Assembly (NCBI RefSeq): GCF_006345805.1
Contig: NC_043008.1
Location: forward strand, 71,176,001 to 71,240,000
Source of the DNA: Octopus sinensis
Lineage: Eukaryota
Direction: 5' to 3'
DNA length: 64,000 nucleotides
The notes under the pieces were generated by a model that was given only the letters and a program-made list of their open reading frames with translations, searched no databases and was not told the origin of the DNA. How positions within the stretch are numbered: the first letter of the stretch is position 1; the number at the start of each line of letters is the position of its first letter. This document shows, in pieces, positions 25,528-41,167 of this stretch. The position numbers were made by a program, and so were the translations under genes.

Positions 25528-25844
25528 TATATGTGTGTTTATATATATGTCTGTATGTATCTACATACTCCGTTAATATATAATGATATATTTACTTTTG
25601 GTATGCTTCTCAATATATCAAAATTTTGTTGCTCTACTGCGACCATATTATTACCACAATCCTATTGTATGTCACTTGAACCGCATATCAGGTAGAACTC
25701 TGAAATCATTTTATTTTTATATAATAATTTCCATGTGTAGGTGTAGATATACAACATGAAATAATGTTGAGATAAAATATTTCAAATAGAGTTCTTCCCT
25801 GCAGATGTTCTTCGTCAAAAAGTATTAAAAATACACACACACAC

Positions 25845-25949
<105 letters not shown>

Positions 25950-28900
25950 ATGCTGCTTCCAACATAGAAACATAATCATGTGTGGTTGTAAGTCAGAGTT
26001 GCTATATTCACATAATTATAATCAATAAACACGAAATACTATATTCATTTATTTATTTGGTAAAGGTTTTTGAGGTTGACATTTACTTTCAACTTATGTT
26101 ACTTGATGTACGTAATAATATCTCGGAATACACAACGGTGAGTTCTAAAAGTCATCTGCAATACTGGATCAAATTATTTAAAGGAGTGAAAGTGACGACG
26201 ATAATGAGAGAATGGGAGCAGGGATTAATAGATAGATTTGTGGGGCGTGGTGTACTGCTTAACAAACCCAGAGAAAATGAAGATGAAATGGTATTAGTAG
26301 AAGCGAGAAACAGAGGTGCGTAAAAACGATTTAATATTTTAGTAAGCAAGTGTCATGGCAACCCAAGGAAACATTTTAGATCCTGTCCAGTGTGTCTGTA
26401 TCTGCCGAGCACTAGCCGCTTCTAAAGTATTAAAAAATGCTATTAGTGCAACAAAATATTAATAGCTATTGCCGGCATTATCCCCGACATTAAAATTATT
26501 ACGGTGCAGAAGTTTGACCCTTATCATGTTATTTAGATTGATCGCAAAATAAATAAATGAATAAATAACGATCTAAATAAATTTTAGCCTGTTATATATT
26601 GTGACGTTCTGTGGTAATGTAATAGATAAATTATTACATGGATAAACGTGCTAAATATCGTACAACACCAAAAGAAAATGGCGTGGCTGCACAAACATTG
26701 CTACAGTTAGTGATGTTCATTTATTTGGGATTTTGTATCAAGTCGGTTGGAATTTGTTTTGGATGGAGGTGGTTTTATTTAGCTAAGTAAATTGGGATAT
26801 TTGGGTTATTTGCTCTAATTTCTGAGATCAAGTATGTTCTGGATTTGGGGTTTCATCTTGACGGGGTTAACAGAATGAGTGGTAGTAAACTTTTGCACTT
26901 ATTCAAGTCAGCGGAATATTTCTTACCAATGTGTGACCTAACATTGTAATAAATTGGTTTTACACGACATCTTATCTGCTATACACCTGTTTAAATTTGA
27001 TCAATGCATTTCATTTATTGATCCAACATGCTCGAACTCAAAATTTGTCTGGTATCTGAACGTTGTATCACCTAATTTTTAAAGAAATCTTATTTTTGCA
27101 CCATCACAAACCAATCAAACTAGTTTCCAGTTTAATGCAGAGAGGAAGCAAACTAGTAAGAAGCAATTTAACAAAAGGTGGCATAAAAACTCTACATTCC
27201 TCACGTCATCAATTGGCGATGAACAGAATTTACATTATCATACCATCTGGTAATAAACTTTTAATTCTAAGTAATGAGATGCAATATAATGCTATAGTGA
27301 ATTCAATAGAAAGTAGCTTGTAAGATGGTGATAAATCATTGATCGTGTCAAATCATTCATTAATTTCACTCTCTGACGTCGTTAATCCTTCACGTGAGCA
27401 CGAAGATCTGTTCTTTTAATGTTAATCTTTCTCTATAGCAATCAGGTCAATTGTATTACTAGCACTGATCGTTCTGAGAAATAACACAGCAAAATAGGGG
27501 ACAAGAGTGATTTGATAGGTTGTCCCCAAATTTAATTTCTTATGTGATATAGGGAAGTGATGTATGTGTGTTAAGATGAGGTTTGTACCATCAGTTTAAC
27601 TTATAAGACAAGAAGTACCGTATTTAGGAGATAATTGAGTGAAAATAGCGGCACTTAATAAGAAGGTCACTGAACTGACAGAAGTAATTCCTTCCGGATC
27701 AAAAGGCAGGGGAGGTAATTTAACAGGTTTAAATTTACCTTTTGATTTTATCATAGTGAATTTACTTTTATTGAATTTAGCTGAGGTAGGTCGATTATAA
27801 GGTGTGAAGGAGTCCTTTCAATACAAATTGCAATTCTCATTGAAGTTCGTTCCAAAATGAATTTAAAGATAGGAATTCGAACAGCTATTAATTGCTAAAT
27901 ATAAGTACACTTTTGATACCAATTATGATATAAGGTAATTAATGTACAATTCTTGTGGTATTTTACTAGTTTCTGAAGTACTATCATATAAAAGACGGTT
28001 GTCAGTGGTAGGACAGTAGAGGAAATGAGAAAATGTGAATGAGAGAGAGAAAAGGAGAGAGAGACAGAGAGAGAGAGAGAAAGAGAGCGAGCGGAAATAG
28101 AGGGTGAAAGAGAGAAGAGGGAGAGGGTGGGAGATAGAACAGGAGAGAGAAAGAGAGAGTGAGAGAGTGATGGGCATAATGCTATATGATATTTAGTTCT
28201 GTTCCTACATACCAAACATTCCAATCCTGTCGCCTCGATAAAACTGCATTTCTTCCATAAGAAGTAGGTAAAGATACCATTAATAAACTGTAAATTGTTG
28301 CGTATAATCCATGTCACATTTGAGAGCTTGTAAGAAATTAATAAAATTTCTTTTTCTCTTTTAAACTTAACCATATCAAAATTTTCAAAATATGGTCCAT
28401 CGAGTTCGGCAGTTGGTATCACTAGTTCTGTTGTGAAATGGTTCAAGGAATTTACTCCAGAATTGTCCTTCGGACTTGATTATAATTAAGCAACCCAATT
28501 TAAACAAAGCCTATTGCTGAAAATGGTGGAAACACTGTTAATTTTAATAGTTGATTTATCGGTTTTGAATTCTGTATCGAAAAATTAGAGATAGAGTAGG
28601 AGAGTAGCATCGTATTGAAGGTGCTTATAATTGTCACATATATTAAACCAGAACCCTATGAATCATTATGACTTGGAAAGAGATAAATGCGTTGTCATAA
28701 GCTTATGTCGAGATTCATCTTATCTTTTTGTCCTGCTCTATCAACAACGGTCCTCCACTACACTGCCTCCAAATGAGGTAATGATTTAAAGTTATCATGA
28801 TGCCACGCTCAGGATGCTGATAAGAAAATCGTTTAATATAATACATTTAGACTTTATACTATGTTACCAGTTTGTTCTCTATACGTATGTGATACGTATG

Positions 28901-30419
28901 ACATAAGAGGAAAATGTAATAGCTGGAGACAATGGGAAAGGGATTATACTCTGCGTTTGTAATAGAGATATGATATTTCTCTACCCTAGCATCGGTAGTA
29001 TTCTATTTCCAGTAGGTTGTGAACAATTTCAAAGTAAGTGGATGCGCTCCACCACCAATTTTAATTGCACATTAAAATACGAAATAAAACTGAAACTTAC
29101 TTCAGTATCACACTGGGAGATTCAACTAGGTTGAGTGGATTAAGATTTAACAAAAATTCTTTAATTGTTTTAATTTTGTTTTCTGTTTCTCAGATATATT
29201 TCTATCGATCTTACTTGCTACGAAGAAAACTTAATTCTAAAATATATGGAGATGCTGTAAATGTCAACGCTTTAGCAAATGCTATTTTAAAGTCATATTT
29301 TTACCCTCCTCTCCAAATTACGTATCATAACCTTATTCTGTTCAATATTATTTATTTTATTTCATTCTCAGATGAGGGCGCAGCATATCTCTACTTACGC
29401 ATTATGGCAGTAATTTATTAAAAAAAAAGTAACATTGCTAAAATGTCCTTTATTCGCCTTCAACTATTTTCTAATGATATTTCTCTTCCAGGGTACATTT
29501 GACATTCTGCAAATCAGATAAATTGAATATCGATTTCCTGACTAAGAATTACACAACACCCTGTGTTTTATATTTTTATTTCAATCTTACTCCTCTGTAG
29601 TGTCTGCAAGCATTGTAGAATTTCATCATGCAATAATTAGTATATTAATTCAATCTCTGCCACCACCTCATAGAATTAAAAACTTACCACAATCAAAAAG
29701 ATCCTTAGAATGAAGTATGTCCATCGACCATAAATATGCAGATGTTCTATTAGTGAAAGTGTTTGAGGAAGATGAAAATGGAATCTACATACAGAATTTC
29801 TGTGGTGGGTCTGATATAACATATTATGAAGCAGAATATATTTCAAGAAGTAGACCTCAGATGATGCAATACGTGAACATAATGCAAGCTACAAGGCAGT
29901 GACATATAAGATCGATTGAGTCAACGAACTGCAGGAATATTTGCAAGAGAATATACAACAGAGTTAATGCATTCATTCAGGGAAGGCAATCTATGTATGG
30001 CGTATAGAGAATATGGAAATATTTGGAATACACGTTGGTTTATTATTTCTATAGCCAGTATTTGAATGTGTAGTATATAATTTCCATTTCGTAAAGTGAT
30101 ATGGAATTGGTATTGAACACTAAATGTTAGTGAAGAGAAACTGGAAATGAGTCATCATGCAATTTGGACCGTTTCTGTTTGATGTTCTTATCTTCTTTAT
30201 TTTGCTGTTATTGTGATTGTATTTTTGTTGAAATTCTTGCCGTTGAATAATCTCAAGTCAGCACTGATTGAGCACAAGGGCATTTCAGCAGCCACAAGCC
30301 CATATTTTATTCAGGCACAAAGCATTCCAGACTACAATATTTCTTAGATATCTTCCATGCTTAAAGTGGTAGGGAGTAGTTATTGTCGCTGTTGTTGTTG
30401 AGCAACAAGACGAGTAAGG

Positions 30420-30680
30420 GTGATTAGGTGATGGTCTAGGGCTTAGGGTCGGGAGATCCCAGACCTTGGAAAAAAAACTTTGGTCGTCTTGTTGTGGTGA
30501 AGGGCTCTTCGTTGACGTGCGACACCACTGGGAGGTGGCCCTCGAAGTCGCTGGAAATGGAGATCTCTAGGTCCAAATTCTTGACCGACAGGGAGTAGTT
30601 AAATGAAAACGTAGTTGATATTCCTTGTTGGTCGATTGCCCCGTCACTCAACGTGACCTTTTGGTGCATTCGAAAGCACT
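30420..30680 (-). mobile_element. Non-LTR retrotransposon RT remnant
   Basis: QQGISTTFSFNYSL..KNLDLEISI..GHLPVVSHVNE resembles RQGDPLSP.LFN...YADD, degraded. Confidence 0.35.
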
Positions 30681-33029
30681 TTCATTTCAGGATCAAGTGA
30701 ATATTATTCGTTCTTTAAAACTAATGTCACTAGTCGTTAGATAAACCACACATATCTAACCAAGGACCAATACAACTTTGTCCAAAATATGTCTGTATAA
30801 GATTTAAGTATAGAACTAGAATATTTAGAATAACAGTTTCCTACATTTTGTATTCCTGCCTCTATACCTATTTAATTGTCCAATCTAGCTGTGTTGAGGT
30901 GCTTTCTCTCCAAGTTGCTATCCAATGGAATATTTTACCGCGTGACGATACATCTCCTGGACATTTAAGTCCTGTTGTCTGCAACATCGCTTTACATGCT
31001 AGAAACTGAAGGTAAAGGACACGTTGAAAAACCGATACATATATGGGTGAGGGTGTTAAGATTGAAATTTAATTGATCATTGAGTTGACCAAGCTGACCC
31101 GTATCTCAACTCAATAAGGGCTGATTTGAGATTAAACAAAAACAACATCAGTAACAACGGCTCTCTTTCTGAGTGTTAAACATAAGATCAAAATTACCAG
31201 TACTATATTAAGCGACAGCTGAGTGTATGATATGAGGACTGGTATGATATTACAAGAGTGAGGTGTGAAATGTCTCACCTAGAGACTGAAAGAGAGAATG
31301 AATGAATTAAGGGAATTGATTGGAAGGAAGAATCGAAAACCACATAGTAAACACATCATTCCGGGTGGTTATTATCACTGAACAATGAAGATACATGGTG
31401 ATCATGTGATTACAAGAAATGAAGCATAATAAATGTTGATTCCAAAATATGGTTATCTCTGCCAATAACCATTATAATGTTTCGCTCCGCTTCACACTAG
31501 AAAAACAATTTAAAAACCTTTCACTTTATTGTTTTACAACAACACTATTGTCTAAATCTAAAATAAATGGTGTTGTCTGCTCTCTGTCGATGACCGATGT
31601 AATAAGTGTTTCATTTCACTGCCCCATCAGACAACTTTCTGTACGCTAGCAGTGTGTTTATATCACCCAGTTGACCCGTAGCTCAACGAATAATCAAACA
31701 GGTCACTAGTTGAGCTATTGCTTTCATCATAACATTATTTCACATATTGGTAGTGTTACCTCAAATATTGAAAGTGAAGGTTGTTAATGGCCTTAAGTAA
31801 CAATGTGATAGAGTAATTAGCTTGGAATAATTCGTTACGAACATTTACGTTCCGATTTCAAACCCACTGGACTCCACTTAATCTTTTGTTCCCACCAAAT
31901 TCTATAGAATAAGTACCTGTAATATATCAGTTGTAAATTAGATGGAGTAAAATCTATAATTCTGTATTTGTGGGCATCTGTCATATGTACGTCCATTTAT
32001 AAAAATATCTGACTTTATGCCAACATCAGAATTAAATATTTTTCTGACTCGGCCAGATGTGACATACTTTTCTTCCCTCTCTCTCTCTATTTCTCCCTCC
32101 CTCTCTCTCACTCTCTCTGTATTATTCAACCATTCTATGTGTGTATGAATATGCGCGAATGTGTTTATGTCCTTGTATGTACATGGGTAGTCTACGCCAG
32201 CGCAAATGAAGAATGGATGTGTGTATGTATATGTGTGTGTGTGTGAGTGAAGTGTGTTAGTGTGTGTGTGAAGTGTGTGTCTGTGTGTGTGTTTGTGTGA
32301 AATATAAAACTATACATACATACACACATGAACACACATATACACACAGATGTATATATGCTATTGTGTGTATGTATGCATGCATCCACACATACACACA
32401 CAACTGATACTGTGTCTGAATATAAAGTCTTAATTAAACCTGAAAGGAAAGTAATACATAACTATAACAACTAAAATAAAAATAACATATAAAAAATGTA
32501 TACAAAGTCTATGGAAGCAAATATCATAATAATGATCTTTCGATTTGGTAAGCCAGTGCCAATTATTGGAAATGGCCTCCACTTCCAGCAGGCTCTGACG
32601 AGACCACATATTGACATCAAACTAGCAGCATGTGTGAATACAGTTACAGTGAGCTGCACAGAGTCGCACACATGCACATAGACATTCATACACACATACA
32701 CACGCATACAAACGCATATATACACATACGCAGAGATACAGTCTTCAAATTTTAGTGAACTAGAAGACATCCGAGAAAATGAATAGATAGGTATCTAGAA
32801 TTAAATGAAAAAAAAAGAGAGGGAATGGAGAATAAATGAAAATAAAGGAATACGTTAAACTGATAAACGAAAAAAAATCAAGTTTTCTTCAAGGAAAAAA
32901 AAGGAGTAAAAGTATAAATCTAAGACACAAAAACAAATATAAAGAAATATGAGGGAATATTAATATCTTTCTTGTTCCACAAATATCAATGAATTGGAAA
33001 TAAAATGTTGACTTATAAGTGTATATAAA

Positions 33030-33035
33030 TATATG

Positions 33036-33069
<34 letters not shown>

Positions 33070-33077
33070 TGTATATG

Positions 33078-33109
<32 letters not shown>

Positions 33110-33113
33110 CATA

Positions 33114-33160
<47 letters not shown>

Positions 33161-33176
33161 CATATACATATACATG

Positions 33177-33210
<34 letters not shown>

Positions 33211-33293
33211 TACGGGTATACGAAAACGCTATGTATGTATGTATGTATATATATATATATACATATATGTATATATACATACATAATACATAC

Positions 33294-33346
<53 letters not shown>

Positions 33347-33420
33347 CATATACATATACATACATACATACATACATACATACATACATACATACATACA
33401 TACATACATACATACATACA

Positions 33421-33459
<39 letters not shown>

Positions 33460-33473
33460 GAGTATACGAAAAC
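33030..33473. repeat. (TATG)/(TA)/(CATA) microsatellite block duplicated in tandem
   Basis: Unique spacer TACG(G/A)GTATACGAAAAC at 33211 and 33457. Confidence 0.8.
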
Positions 33474-33729
33474 AATTATGTTATGAACTTCTTTACCTTA
33501 CAGTTGTTTCTGCTCTACGTTGCAATGCACACACTTATTATGAAGGTAAGGGGTGATACTCAATCATTCGACTATGAGTGCATTGCATTTTATAGCAGAA
33601 ACATTCTAAGCGAATGAACTTCGAAACATAATTGTTTATTCCTTTGACAGTTTCTTATAACCACCACACTGTACTTGACTGACGCTTCATTCCAAAGCAT
33701 ATGCGTATTGAGTTTTAACACCTTTTTAT

Positions 33730-34000
33730 TCGTATCAGTATGTCTAGGCGAAATATATATGCACACCTTCTGTATGGCGTATTGGTCAACCACAACAACA
33801 ACAGCAAAAGATGTGGCGGGCCGCAAGAAAGGGACAGAAATAACCATATGGAACATAAAACGAGAGCTAGTATTTGTAATGACAGCACCAGGAACGTCTT
33901 AAGCTGCAGTACCAAAACAACAGCATTTCTAGCTGCATCAACCGCAGTAGAAATGGACTCGTCTTTATCAAGAGTACAAAAGGCAACAGCAAGTACAAGA
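33730..34000 (+). mobile_element. RTE LINE 3' remnant
   Basis: YAHLLYGVLVNH..KRCGGPQER resembles the RTE C-terminal LLYGEL..G.R..GG. Confidence 0.45.
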
Positions 34001-34011
34001 ACAACAATAAC

Positions 34012-34240
34012 ATACTCTTTTACTCTTTTACTTGTTTCAGTCATGTGACCGTGACCATGCTGGAGCACCGCCTTTAGTGGAACAAGTCGACCCCAGGACC
34101 TATTCTTTGTAATCCTAGTGCTTATTCTACCGGTCTCTTTTGCCGAGCCGCTAAGTTATGTGGACATAAACACACCACCATCGGTTGTCAAGTGATGTTG
34201 GGGGGGGACAAACACAGACACACAAACATATACACATACA

Positions 34241-34305
<65 letters not shown>

Positions 34306-34487
34306 TTACATATATATATATATATACGACGGGCTTCTGTCAGTTTCCGTCTATCAAACCCATCACAAGGCTTTGGTTGGCCCGGGGCTATAGTAGAAGT
34401 CACTTGCCCAAGGTGCCACGCAGTGGGACTGAACCCGGAACCATGTGGTTCGAAAGCAAGCTACTTACCACACAGCCACTCCTACGC
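34012..34487 (-). mobile_element. SINE family B, full length
   Basis: Head GGCGTAGGAGTGGCTGTGTGGTAAG..GGTTCCGGGTTCAGTCCCACTGCGTGGCACCTTGGGCAAG; internal microsatellite; tail CAAGTAAAAGAGTAAAAGAG. Confidence 0.92.
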
Positions 34488-35399
34488 CCATGTATAAAAT
34501 GTATAAAATCAGGGAGCGTCACTATCATCATCTTCGTCGTCATCGTCTTCGACTTTATATGCAATAACAATAGCACTAATATAATATGACATCGACAATA
34601 AAATGAACTACAAGAACGGCAACATCATCATCTTCATCATCATCATCATCTTCATCATCATCATCATCATCCCTACCACCACTACTACCACCACCATCAT
34701 CAACATCATCACTATCATGAACATGATCATGAAGATCATCTCACCGTCTACGTGGTCATTGTCGTTATCTTGGTCGTCATCATCATCACCATAAGCATAA
34801 ACAGCAACAGCAATAACCTCATCAATAGAAACCACAAAAGGAAGTGCACTGTGGTAACAACAACAGCAACAGCAAAAACAAAAGCAGGAACAACCGCAAC
34901 AAGAACATCAAAAATAACGAAGAGCTACCACAATAGCTTTAATGAATAATTACAGCAACAATAACAACATTAGTAAACTTCAACGATAATAGAAGAAAAA
35001 AAAATAGAAAAATATAACAACAAAAATTACAAAAAGAAAAGAAAGCCTGTATTACTAAGAGTACTGGAAGTAGCAGCCAAATCCATCTCGAATCACTATC
35101 TTCGTTATTAAAACGTGAAGAAAAATATCGAATAATCTAGCTCATGATATGGAAAACGGTTTTGGAGGTTTGGGCCCATAGATGTTTCCAGTATATGATG
35201 ACCTGCGGCAGTACTACAACAACAACAACAACAAGAACAACAACAAGAACAGCAACAGCAACAGCACAAGCGACAGTAGCAGTAATAGCGTCTGCTGGAA
35301 CTTAGGTGTTCTCACTGAGAGCCAGCCTAGGTTCGAATATCAATTCCATCCTTCGTATGCCTTGACCGATGGGCATTCGTTGATAACGTCACAACCAGA

Positions 35400-35870
35400 T
35401 TTCGCCACTTCTCTCGGTCCTCTGTAGCCCTCTGTGAGTCTGTAACCCGCGCGAAAAACGTTTTGGTATGGATGCAGGTCTGGTTGTCATCCTCAGGAAT
35501 ATACAACAGGCAGTTATCTTTCCAAGCTGTTTGCCACCACTGTATGCCTCTAACTGAGATATGCCTTGGCCGCGAACACTAGGCAGTTGATCTGAGAAAG
35601 TCTCTCCACATCAGCCGGTTGTTCCTTGGGATGCCTTACTCGGTATCTTCTGGTGTAGTGTAAATACCATCCTCTCACGTGGATTTCCCTACTTGTTGAA
35701 GTAAAGTAGCTGGGTGTGACGCCAGGAGCTATCAAATGGAAGATTGCTTGTTGAATGAGGACCATTGATGCCTGTCCACCTGACCATTCCTAGGAAAGTG
35801 TAGCGTTCAGATATCAAAGTTAAAATCTCTGTTCAGAACTCCCAACATTCGTACACGAGAAACGATAGCA
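35400..35870 (-). mobile_element. LINE APE endonuclease remnant
   Basis: GVLNRDFNFDI..LLQQVGKST.EDG resembles LGDFN and Q.V..PT motifs; many stops. Confidence 0.4.
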
Positions 35871-36064
35871 ACAACAATAACATTGAGGGAGAGGAGGACG
35901 ACAAAATGGAAGAGAAGAATACGGTGAAGAAGAAGAAAAAGCAGCAGGAAGAGAAGAATAAAATCAAGAAGAAGAAAAATGAGGAAGAATAACAACAAAT
36001 ACATCAGCAAATACCACAAAATTTTCAGAAAGTTAGTTACTGCAGAAATAACACTTACTACTAT

Positions 36065-36420
36065 ACATACAAGGCCTGAAATTTTGGGGTTGAGGCTAAG
36101 CAGATTACATCGGCCCTAGTGCTCAGCTGGTACTTATTTTATCGATCCCGAAAGATGATAGGCACAGTTGATCTCAGCGGAATTTGAACTCAGAACGTAA
36201 ATACAGACGAAATGCCGCTAAGAATTTTGTCCGGCGTACTAACGATTCTGCTACCTCGCCACTTTAGTTACTACAGAAATAATGGTTTCAAACGTTGGTG
36301 CAAGGCCAGCAAGCTTGGGGAAGGAGATGAGTCGATAACATCGACTCCAGTGTTTAACTGGTACTTATTTCATTTACCCCAAAAGGATGAAAGGCAAAAG
36401 CGATCTCGACTGAATAGTTG
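36065..36420 (-). mobile_element. Two tandem SINE family A alternative-tail copies
   Basis: 36065-36262 and 36275-36420; CTGGTACTTATTT..GATGA.AGGCA..GGAATTTGAACTCAGAACG. Confidence 0.8.
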
Positions 36421-37129
36421 TGGAAATGATGAGAGCAATAATTGGTACCAATTATAATTATTAATCCATCCACCTACTTGAAACAGTAACCAAATTAATT
36501 TCAAGTCATAATGTATTCTGTTATGCAAAGGAAAGGCACATTGTACTCCTTCATGTGCTATGTGTGAATAAGAGATGTGATGGTTCAATCCACGTCAACT
36601 CTTCTCACAGAAACAACAGATTCAAACTGATTCGAGATGTGAACACGGAATGGCGACGTTAAAGCTAATAGAATTAATCACATGTAGTCTTTTATTCTAC
36701 AAAATATTAATTCAGAATGAAATGTGTAAATGGTTTAGCGTGACGTAAATACAGATATAATAATAAGTTCTAAGGTAATAGAGAGACGTGTCAGGGTGAA
36801 TGAGGTAAATAAACCAATTCCACAAGAAAGAATATCGCGATGGTGTATTGGAATTTAAATTCAGGAACGTAAATAATCTTCTCGGTTACTTTGTGTCTTG
36901 CATAACATGTATACTCACTAATTAAAGTCAATCAATCAAAAGCAGAAATATGGAAAATAAGGTAACCACTGTGCTGATAGCTTAAATGACTGGGTTCTAT
37001 AACAGCTGCATATTATGCGTTATTGATTGGAAGAGCAATCCAGGTAGGTCTTCGCTGAGCAAGAATCAGCAAATCGTAAAACCCTCAGCTTATAATATAT
37101 GTTGTGTTGTGCAAAAGCATGTTTGATTC

Positions 37130-37556
37130 TGCTATATCTTATTTGTTTCAGTCATTTGGCTGCGGTCATGATGGAGCGCGGCTTTAAAGGCTTTTTTAAT
37201 CGAAGAAATCAACTCCAAGACTTATTCTTTGTGAGCCTCGTTCTTATTCTTACGGGCTCTTTGACCGAACCGCTAGCTTACGGGGATGTAAATACACCAA
37301 CATCACTTGTCAAGCGATGGTGGGTGACAAACACTGACACACACAACCACATAAACACACACACACACAACCACACAAACACACACACACACATATACGA
37401 CGGGTTTCTCTAAGTTTCTGTCTTTCAAATTCGCTCACAAGGCTATAGACGGCCCAGTGTTATAGCAGAAATAACTTGCCTAAGGTGCCACGCAGTGGGA
37501 TTGAATACGAAAGCATGTGGTTGCAAAGTAAGCATCCTACCACACAGCCACGCCTG
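37130..37556 (-). mobile_element. SINE family B, full length
   Basis: Same modules as 34012-34487. Confidence 0.9.
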
Positions 37557-38039
37557 CAATGTGTAATGTGTAACAAAAGGGTTTTGCACATATCTCAGCT
37601 GCTGCTCAAACTTAACAGTAATTCGTATCAATCCATGAAATGCATATATCTGGTGAGTGATAGGTATAGCCTTTTGTATAGACCGACCAGCTGACTAGTA
37701 CTTTAGCCTATCTACTCTGGAAGGATGAAATGCAATTTCGATCTTGTCGGGGCATCGACAAAATGCTGTAACAAAATAACGCAATATATTTGACCAATGA
37801 TCTTACGTTTCATCGAATCCACCATATTTCAAATGTTTTAGAAATAGCTCAGTATATGACTGGTACAGTATTTTATAGTTCAACAAAGGATGGACGTCGA
37901 AATTAATTCCAGCTTCATTTGAACACCACAACGTCTATAAATAAAAGTTGCTTCATTCATGCATCAGTAATAGTAGTGGTAGCAGCAACTAGTAAAAATG
38001 AATTTCGTTTATAGTAATGGTACATATAAGCGTTGATCA

Positions 38040-38042
38040 TAT

Positions 38043-38102
<60 letters not shown>

Positions 38103-38151
38103 CACCACCACCACCACCACCACCACCACCACCACCACCACCACCACGACG

Positions 38152-38199
<48 letters not shown>

Positions 38200-38218
38200 G
38201 CTACTACTGCTGCTGCTA
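38040..38218. repeat. (TAC)n-(CAC)n-(TAC)n compound microsatellite
   Basis: Direct reading. Confidence 0.97.
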
Positions 38219-38589
38219 TATTTACAACGGTTCGTTGACATGGCAACGGTTTGTCAGAAGGTGTGATGCAAAGCAAGTACAGAATCGTTAAGACAATTTT
38301 GAATAGACTACTACTGTAACATCAGTAACAGCAACAACAACGAAGACGACAACAATTACAAAAGCAACAACAGCAAGAACATCAACAATACCCGGTGTAA
38401 CAGTCATAAAAAAAGTAAAAAAATAAAAAAAGTAAAATGACAGTGGCAGTAGAATCAACAACGCCAGCAACATCTAGAACAAAAACAATTTTACAGAGCA
38501 CAACATGTGCAAAATACCACAAAAGTAGCAACAATTAAGAATCACATAAAGACGAAAATATACACACACATACATGCAGACCAGTGCCA

Positions 38590-40130
<1,541 letters not shown>

Positions 40131-41128
40131 GAAAAAGAGTGGGAAGAGCAGTTGAGAAAGAAAGATGTGGAGTGAAAACTCGTTGCTGAAAGATTTTAGA
40201 TAAAGAGAAATATGGCAGAGAGCGACTGCTGTAGGTTGAGAAACACAGACATCGTGTACTAGAGAAACACCAATATTCTGAAAACTGAATTTTACTGCTG
40301 AGACATAAGAAATATTAATGAAACATATTTGAAACTTGTGCATATGTGTTTGTGTCCATATACATATACGATGGATTGCTGAAAGGTTCATGTCTTTGAA
40401 TTAAAAAATTTATGGTTGATCAGTTAATGATGACTTTATTCAGCGTATCCCATTCTCAGATTCACACAATTATCGCAACGGTCCTTCAGTTTATATAGGC
40501 CCTATAAAGAAATTCAGAAGTTGACTCTCCAACCAGGTCTTTTGCGATACTCTTAAACCCAAAATCTATTTAGCAACTCCTCCGTATGTTTGTGTATGAG
40601 CGAATGTCAGCCTACGCGTATTCACATATTTATATGGTCATGAGTGTGGATCGGGATTATATGCGCGTGTATCTGTGTGTGTGTGTGCGTGTGTGTGTAT
40701 GTGTGTGTGTATGTGTTTTTGTGTCTGGTATGTTTGTTTAACGGACTAAAATGCCGACATCTCCCAGTCATTAATCAAACGTCATATTCCATATTTAAAA
40801 CAAGTGTTTGACATTTCATGCTTGTAACATCTAGATTATCCTCAGGTTAATTCAAGAAACGGTTAACACAGAATGTGGAATATCAACATGTCCCGTTAAA
40901 CTCGTAGAAATTGAAATTTTGTAAAATGTATCAAATACAGACACAGAGTATAGAGAAAATATATGGATTGAACTTAGAGTAGAGAAATATTGACTGAAAC
41001 ATATTGAGATATTTCTGTATATATATCTGGGTAAACCATTTTCTAGAGCCTTGATATAGAATAAACAGGAGCAAAAATACAAAATAAAATAACATGGGTA
41101 TATCTATGTTACAATATTGTAGGTATTC

Positions 41129-41167
<39 letters not shown>

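Noticed and set aside
26640-27350. Alternative genetic code (TGA=Trp, TAA=Gln) in one minus frame
   Set aside because: Stop density here is about what AT-rich random sequence gives, and other frames read equally well.
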